Of a stretch of 64,000 nt of DNA, positions 58,959-64,000 are shown piece after piece. The position numbers and the translations under genes are program-made. This DNA comes from Candidatus Micrarchaeota archaeon (lineage in GTDB: Archaea > Micrarchaeota > Micrarchaeia > Anstonellales > Anstonellaceae): contig JAPLWX010000028.1 of the NCBI GenBank assembly GCA_026396415.1, positions 1,922 through 65,921 on the forward strand, given 5' to 3'. Position 1 is the first letter of the stretch; every line of letters begins with the position of its first letter. Below the pieces are notes generated by a model. It searched no databases, was not told the DNA's origin, and saw nothing but the letters and a program-made list of their open reading frames with translations.

Positions 58959-60005
58959 ATGAACAACATGCGCATCTTGGTGACTGGGAACCTGGGATAC
59001 AACGGGCCGGCAGTGGTCAGGCGCCTGCGCGAGGGGAACGCGTTTGTTGCCGGCTTCGACTCGAATTATTACCCTGACTTGCTGTTCAGCGAGGACGGAT
59101 TCGCGCCCGATGAGCAGGCGTACGGAGACATACGGCAGATCCCGGAAACCTGCCTGGACGGCATGGATGCCGTAGTGCACCTGGCTGGGCTTTCGAACGA
59201 CGCCCTTGGCGAAATCAGCCCCGCACTGACCCAAAAAATAAATTTTGAGGCGACCGTGCGGCTCGCCAGGATGGCAAAAAGCGCAGGGTGCCGCCGGTTC
59301 GTGTTCGCCTCGTCATGCAGCGTCTATGGCGTGTCCGACCCGTCGTCCTTCGCAACAGAGGAAAGCGGGCTGAACCCGCTTACCGAATACGCCAAGGCAA
59401 AGGTGCTTGCCGAAAAGGAGATAACCGCGCTGGCGGGCGATTCTTTTAGCACCGTGAACATGCGCAATGCCACAATGCACGGCTCGGCGCCCAGGATCAG
59501 GCTGGACCTTGTCCTCAACAACCTGGTGGCTGGCGCATACCTGTTCAACAAGGTCAAGATACTCAGCGACGGCACGCCCTGGAGGCCGCTTTTGAGCGTG
59601 GACGACTTTGCAAGGTTCGCAGGCATGTTCGCGACAAGGGGCTCGAAGGAAGCTGTCTATAACGTAGGTTTTGATGCCGAGAATTTCCGCGTCAGGGAAC
59701 TTGGCGAGATGATTTCCGACGCGACGGGGGCCGCCCTGGATATAAATCCAAGCAAGACACCGGACGAGCGCAGCTACCGTGTCAGCTTTTCAAGGCTTCG
59801 GGCGGAATCCGGAGTCGGCACCCCTGTTTTGGGGGTGAAAGAATCCATAAAGCGGATGTGGGAAGTTTTCGACGAGAACGGGCTGACCGAGGAGGACTTC
59901 AAGTCGAGCAGGTATTTCCGCATACGGAAGCTGCGCGAGCTCATGGCAGCAGGCCTGCTTGACGGGCAGCTTTTATGGGCCGGCAAGGCAGAACGGCAGG
60001 GCTGA
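58959..60005 (+). CDS. NAD-dependent nucleotide-sugar epimerase/dehydratase
   Basis: ILVTGNLGYNG Rossmann motif and YAKAK (YxxxK). 348 aa. Confidence 0.7.
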   Translation: MNNMRILVTGNLGYNGPAVVRRLREGNAFVAGFDSNYYPDLLFSEDGFAPDEQAYGDIRQIPETCLDGMDAVVHLAGLSNDALGEISPALTQKINFEATVRLARMAKSAGCRRFVFASSCSVYGVSDPSSFATEESGLNPLTEYAKAKVLAEKEITALAGDSFSTVNMRNATMHGSAPRIRLDLVLNNLVAGAYLFNKVKILSDGTPWRPLLSVDDFARFAGMFATRGSKEAVYNVGFDAENFRVRELGEMISDATGAALDINPSKTPDERSYRVSFSRLRAESGVGTPVLGVKESIKRMWEVFDENGLTEEDFKSSRYFRIRKLRELMAAGLLDGQLLWAGKAERQG

Positions 60006-60013
60006 CGCAGGCA

Positions 60014-63000
60014 TCACCATTGCTTGTCAACGGTGGCAGGGTCCACCCACCCTGCCTTGTTGCCCGTGAAGTTCTGCATGCGGTATATCTTGACCTCGCC
60101 ATTCTTGCTCTTGTAGACCAGGTCAAAGCCCGGAAGCGCCCCAAGGTAGAATGCCTTGTAGAGGTTGGAGCGGTAGAAATCGGTCTTCGCATCTTCCATG
60201 CCGTCCACCAGGGTGCCGTTGGGGCCCAGCCAGACCTTCTGGTTGTCATAGACTATTTCGGCGTAGGTCATGTCGGACTGCTCGTCGATGGTTCGGAGGA
60301 ACCCCTTGGAGAGCACAAGGTCGCCGTTTGCATCCTTCCTGTCAACATAGTAGGTTGCCGAGATTTTCTCGCCTGTCGAAAGCGTGGCGTCGCCCACGCA
60401 GTAGGCGGGCTTGGACGGGTCGATGGCATCCTTGCCAAGCCTGTAGGCATAAACGCCCGTCCTCTGCTGGCTCTCGGAAATCACGCAGGTATTGGCTGCT
60501 GTCTGGACGCGCGGCACGGCTATCCTTTCAGGGGAGTGCTCGTATTCGCATTCCGAAGCGCCTGGCTGCTCGCTGACCGAGGTGGCTCCCTCATGCACGC
60601 AGCCCAGGTAATTCAGCGCACCGTACTTGCCCCCGAACAGGCTCCCGCTCGCGATGAGCTCCTGGTCGAAAAGCGCGTATCTGCTGTCAAAATAGTTCAT
60701 GCTGTCGATCAGGTCCTGCGTGCTCCCCACGATATAGTCATGCGCCACGCGGCCTATCATGCCGCGCGATGCATGCTCGTTCCTGAGCACGGTTTTCTTG
60801 TCCGCAAAGTAATTGGTCCAGTGGCCATAGTCCCACCACGAGGTGACGCGGTCGGACGAGTCAAGGTTCTTCCCCATCCATTCCATGGAGTCGATCCAGT
60901 AGTCCGCAAGCCTGTTGCATCGGAACCTGGCCGAAGTCACCGCCTCGGACGAGCGCTGCTGCGCCGCGGTGTCGTTTGCAGCAGGGAACATCTCGCCTGC
61001 CTTCATCTGGGACAGCCAGCATACGCTGTCATCGAACTGGTTGTTCATGCTGCCGGAGAAATTCGCATAGGCGCCTGCGTCGCAAAGGGGCTGCATCTGG
61101 CTGTATGGCACGCCTTTCGCGCGCAAATCCTCGCAGAGCTTGGAAACCACGGGCGCCATTGCCACGGGGTTGTCCTGGTAGCGCGGCTCAAGCGACTTTA
61201 TGGCGAAGATGTAGGCATATGGGACAGGGCCTGCCGCCTGCTCGTATACCACGAGGAGGAGCAGGAAGGCAAATGCCGCAGGCGCGTACTTTCCAGCCGA
61301 GGGCAGCTTCATTTTTCCCGACAGCCAGCAAAAAAGCCGCTCAACCTCGGCGAATGCCACGGCTGCGGCAACCGCTATCATCATGCCGGCAAATATGGTG
61401 TACTTCATCTTGTTCACCCCGACGTATAGCACCGGCATGGTGATGATGAGGAGAAGAAGCGGTATGGACGGGATTTCGCGGTCCTCCGCCCTGCGGGAAA
61501 AATGCCTAAGCGCCAAGCCAACCATGGAGATGACCAGGAATACAAAAAGCAATGAATCGTCCTTGGTGGACGTGGCCTGGGACAGCCCTGCAAATGAGCT
61601 GAATATGATGTCGAGAAGGCCGAAAAAGGCGTTGCCAGCAAGGGTGAAAACGGCGGACAACAAGGAAAGCGCGCCATACATCACGTTTGCGAGGATTCCG
61701 AGCCCGGTTGCGTTCGCGTCGATATGGTTCTTCGGGACAAGCGCAAGGAAGCCGGCATCGCCTTCAAACGAGGTGCCGGCCACGCTCTGCTCCGCGATGG
61801 TGCGCTCAAGCGCGGTATTGAAGTCGGCCGCACCAACATAGCTTGAAACCGTATCTTTCACAAGCCCGCCAACCGGAGTCAAAAAAACCAGCAGAAGCGC
61901 GGCAAATATGCCCGCGCCGATGGCTGCATAGCGCTTGCTTTCGCTCCAGCCCAGGCTGGAGAGATACCACATGGCAAATGCAAACGCCACTCCGCCAAGC
62001 GCCATGAGCACGGGACCGTAAACCAGGGAGCCTAAGAGGGCGTTTCCATATGCGCCGTTAAGCAGCGTGCCTAGGAAAAAGCCCCCGGCCGCGAAGGCTA
62101 GCGCCACTACAAAGTCGCCGCTTTCCTTGCCGCGCCAGAAGTAGTCAAGCGACTGCAGGATGGCAAGCCCTGCAAGCGGCAGGGCAAGCACAGGAGTGAA
62201 GTTCGAGCTTAGTATTGCGGTGAAGAAGCCAAATGCGGATATGATGCCAAGCGCCTGGTTTTTCTTGGCAAGCGAGATGGCCAGGAGGCCCATGGACATG
62301 AACAGCATCATATTGCCGACCGGCGCCGCCTCATTGACTCCCGCGGACATCTTGTAGATTGTGATGGGGAGGAATGCGAGAAGGAACGCCACGAAGACGC
62401 CATACCGCCTGCCATAAAGCGAGGAGACCAGCAGGTAGGCACCGAAGGACACGAATGCTGCGGAGATGGGAGGGAGCCAGGAAGAGGTGGTGAACAGCAG
62501 GTAGTTGTTGTACTCGCCCCCGTTGGTGTAAATGGAGTACCATTCGGCCTCAAGGTATTTCTTGAGCGGCTGGCCGCGGTGGGTTGCCTGCACTTCAGGC
62601 CACCAGGCAGTGTCATCAGTGGGCGGCTCGACACCGTCCCGGATTATCTGCCCTGTCCCATAGACGTAGAAATACGGGTCGAGCTCAGAATACATCGGCG
62701 AGTAGGGTTGTATCCTTATCCAAAAAGCAAGGAACATTGCAAGAAGGAGAAGCGCCGGGACAGCAAGGGCGATGGCGCGCTCTTTCGTGATGATTTGGCG
62801 GTCAATCTTGGGGAGATTGGGGGCTGGGAGCTTGAACGCCCCGCTGCGCACGCCAATGAAAAGCCCTGCAGCGGCGATTATGAAAATATCGGCGAAAACG
62901 AGGAAAAGGGAAAATTTTATCCCGGCAAGGGACTCGATGAAAAGCAATATCGGGACTGCAAACAGCCCTATGAAAAAGGACAGCAGCAGCTTTTCCATGG

Positions 63001-63118
63001 CGCCAAAATCTGTTTTTTTCAGAAGAGGCCAGCCGATGGCAACGCCGGGGATGATTGCGGATAGGAATACGATCAGTGAAAAATACAGCGCGTCGAATGT
63101 GAATGCCACCATCGTCAA
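60014..63118 (-). CDS. aglB: archaeal oligosaccharyltransferase AglB (STT3 homolog)
   Basis: WWDYGHW (WWDYG) motif. 13 N-terminal TM segments, a large C-terminal soluble domain and DxD-like loops. 1034 aa. Confidence 0.9.
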   Translation of the reverse strand: MTMVAFTFDALYFSLIVFLSAIIPGVAIGWPLLKKTDFGAMEKLLLSFFIGLFAVPILLFIESLAGIKFSLFLVFADIFIIAAAGLFIGVRSGAFKLPAPNLPKIDRQIITKERAIALAVPALLLLAMFLAFWIRIQPYSPMYSELDPYFYVYGTGQIIRDGVEPPTDDTAWWPEVQATHRGQPLKKYLEAEWYSIYTNGGEYNNYLLFTTSSWLPPISAAFVSFGAYLLVSSLYGRRYGVFVAFLLAFLPITIYKMSAGVNEAAPVGNMMLFMSMGLLAISLAKKNQALGIISAFGFFTAILSSNFTPVLALPLAGLAILQSLDYFWRGKESGDFVVALAFAAGGFFLGTLLNGAYGNALLGSLVYGPVLMALGGVAFAFAMWYLSSLGWSESKRYAAIGAGIFAALLLVFLTPVGGLVKDTVSSYVGAADFNTALERTIAEQSVAGTSFEGDAGFLALVPKNHIDANATGLGILANVMYGALSLLSAVFTLAGNAFFGLLDIIFSSFAGLSQATSTKDDSLLFVFLVISMVGLALRHFSRRAEDREIPSIPLLLLIITMPVLYVGVNKMKYTIFAGMMIAVAAAVAFAEVERLFCWLSGKMKLPSAGKYAPAAFAFLLLLVVYEQAAGPVPYAYIFAIKSLEPRYQDNPVAMAPVVSKLCEDLRAKGVPYSQMQPLCDAGAYANFSGSMNNQFDDSVCWLSQMKAGEMFPAANDTAAQQRSSEAVTSARFRCNRLADYWIDSMEWMGKNLDSSDRVTSWWDYGHWTNYFADKKTVLRNEHASRGMIGRVAHDYIVGSTQDLIDSMNYFDSRYALFDQELIASGSLFGGKYGALNYLGCVHEGATSVSEQPGASECEYEHSPERIAVPRVQTAANTCVISESQQRTGVYAYRLGKDAIDPSKPAYCVGDATLSTGEKISATYYVDRKDANGDLVLSKGFLRTIDEQSDMTYAEIVYDNQKVWLGPNGTLVDGMEDAKTDFYRSNLYKAFYLGALPGFDLVYKSKNGEVKIYRMQNFTGNKAGWVDPATVDKQW

Positions 63119-63253
63119 AACCTCCAGATTGTAATAGGTTTTGGCGATATTTTGTTCGCAAACAAAACCATGAATTTACCCCCTGACTTGCAGCCTCCCA
63201 GCCGCGGACGTCTTTAGACCCCATTCGCTTATAAAAACCTACTCCGCGCGGGA

Positions 63254-64000
63254 ATGTGCATGCCAGATGTGCACATAGTGGGAGGCGGGCCATCAGGCCT
63301 GTTTGCCGGCATTGCAGCGCTGCGCAGCGGCAAAAGCGCGCTTGTAAGCGAGGAGCACTGGAAGGTGGGCGAGCCAGAGGCATGCTCAGGGCTCATTTCC
63401 AAATCCGGCCTGGAGGCGCTTCGCGCGCTTTCGGGCGTTGATTATTCCCGCGCCAGGATAAACGGCATCAATTCCGCCAGGATTGTCTGCGGCACGGAAG
63501 AGTTTGGCATTTCGCCCAGGGAAGAAACCGCAGTGCTCGTTTCCCGCCAGGAGTTCGACTCGCTTGCCGCGGAAAAGTTCGAGCAGGAAGGCGGCGAGCT
63601 GGAGCTGGGAAAGAAAGTCACGCGCGAGTTTGAGGCAGACTGCGTGATTGGCGCCGACGGGCCTGCCTCGCTTGTGGCATCGCGCTTTGGCTTCCCGAAA
63701 ATCCGTTCCTATGTGGCAAGCATGCAAGGCGATTTTGCCTATGAGTGCGAGGATGCGCACTGCGCCACGCTTTTCCTGTCCTCGCGCGATTTTCCCGGAT
63801 TTTTCGGCTGGGTGATACCGAAAAATGAAAGCGAGGCGAAAATAGGCGCGGGAGTGTCGCTGCCGCGCCACCATCCGATTGCATATTACAGGCGGTTCCT
63901 TGCCAGGCTTGGCGTGTCGGGGAAGCCCTCGCATGAGTTTGCCGCAGTCATACCGACAACGGTGCGCGCAAAGACTGCAATGAGGATAGGAAAGCAAAAT
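63254..64000 (+). CDS. geranylgeranyl reductase family flavoprotein, 3'-truncated by window edge
   Basis: VHIVGGGPSGLFAGIAAL FAD-binding GxGxxG and GWVIP motifs. The ORF runs off the window end. Confidence 0.75.
   Translation, partial: MCMPDVHIVGGGPSGLFAGIAALRSGKSALVSEEHWKVGEPEACSGLISKSGLEALRALSGVDYSRARINGINSARIVCGTEEFGISPREETAVLVSRQEFDSLAAEKFEQEGGELELGKKVTREFEADCVIGADGPASLVASRFGFPKIRSYVASMQGDFAYECEDAHCATLFLSSRDFPGFFGWVIPKNESEAKIGAGVSLPRHHPIAYYRRFLARLGVSGKPSHEFAAVIPTTVRAKTAMRIGKQN

Noticed and set aside
59975-61429. 484-aa plus-strand ORF inside aglB
   Set aside because: It is antisense to the aglB CDS, which has the WWDYG motif and proper TM topology. The translation is His/Arg/Gly/Val-rich.

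Overview
Archaeal chromosomal segment (~60% GC). Archaeal origin is supported by an HMf-type histone, an AglB oligosaccharyltransferase with the WWDYG motif, a DGGGP-synthase-like UbiA prenyltransferase, class-I HMG-CoA reductase, a geranylgeranyl reductase, a myo-inositol-1-phosphate synthase plus CDP-alcohol phosphatidyltransferase pair, and an intron-containing tRNA-Leu. Contents, left to right: housekeeping genes (rpiA 3' end, DUF359, P-type cation ATPase, Hef-like helicase, histone, proC); a short low-GC island of two secreted hypothetical proteins; the inositol-lipid gene pair; and tRNA-Leu(CAA). Next is a ~8.5 kb tandem array of small integrative elements inserted at that tRNA. The array carries two near-identical tyrosine integrases, three att-like direct repeats, two iteron-like repeat arrays and uncharacterised cargo ORFs, one with a clan-CD-peptidase-like His/Cys dyad. 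The remaining ~38 kb is a large protein-glycosylation (agl-type) locus that ends in aglB. It encodes AglH-like GlcNAc-1-P transferase, a Wzx-like flippase, at least seven glycosyltransferases including a triplicated uncharacterised GT-A family, UDP-GlcNAc 2-epimerase, phosphohexomutase and several NDP-sugar pyrophosphorylases. It also encodes a complete-looking GDP-heptose route (GmhA, GHMP heptose kinase, guanylyltransferase-like), two tandem GMD-like 4,6-dehydratases, GDP-fucose synthase, RmlC/RmlD-like enzymes, a CDP-glucose pyrophosphorylase, two TylCIII-type sugar C-methyltransferases, FkbM and SAM methyltransferases and an SGNH hydrolase. The predicted product is a highly modified N-glycan, plausibly heptose- or 6-deoxyheptose-containing and C-/O-methylated. 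Other features: two copies of a MITE-like element, an orphan HicB antitoxin, palindromic operator-like motifs shared between two loci, and a heavily structured leader upstream of the P-type ATPase. Coordinates derived by reading the sequence directly may be off by 1-2 nt.
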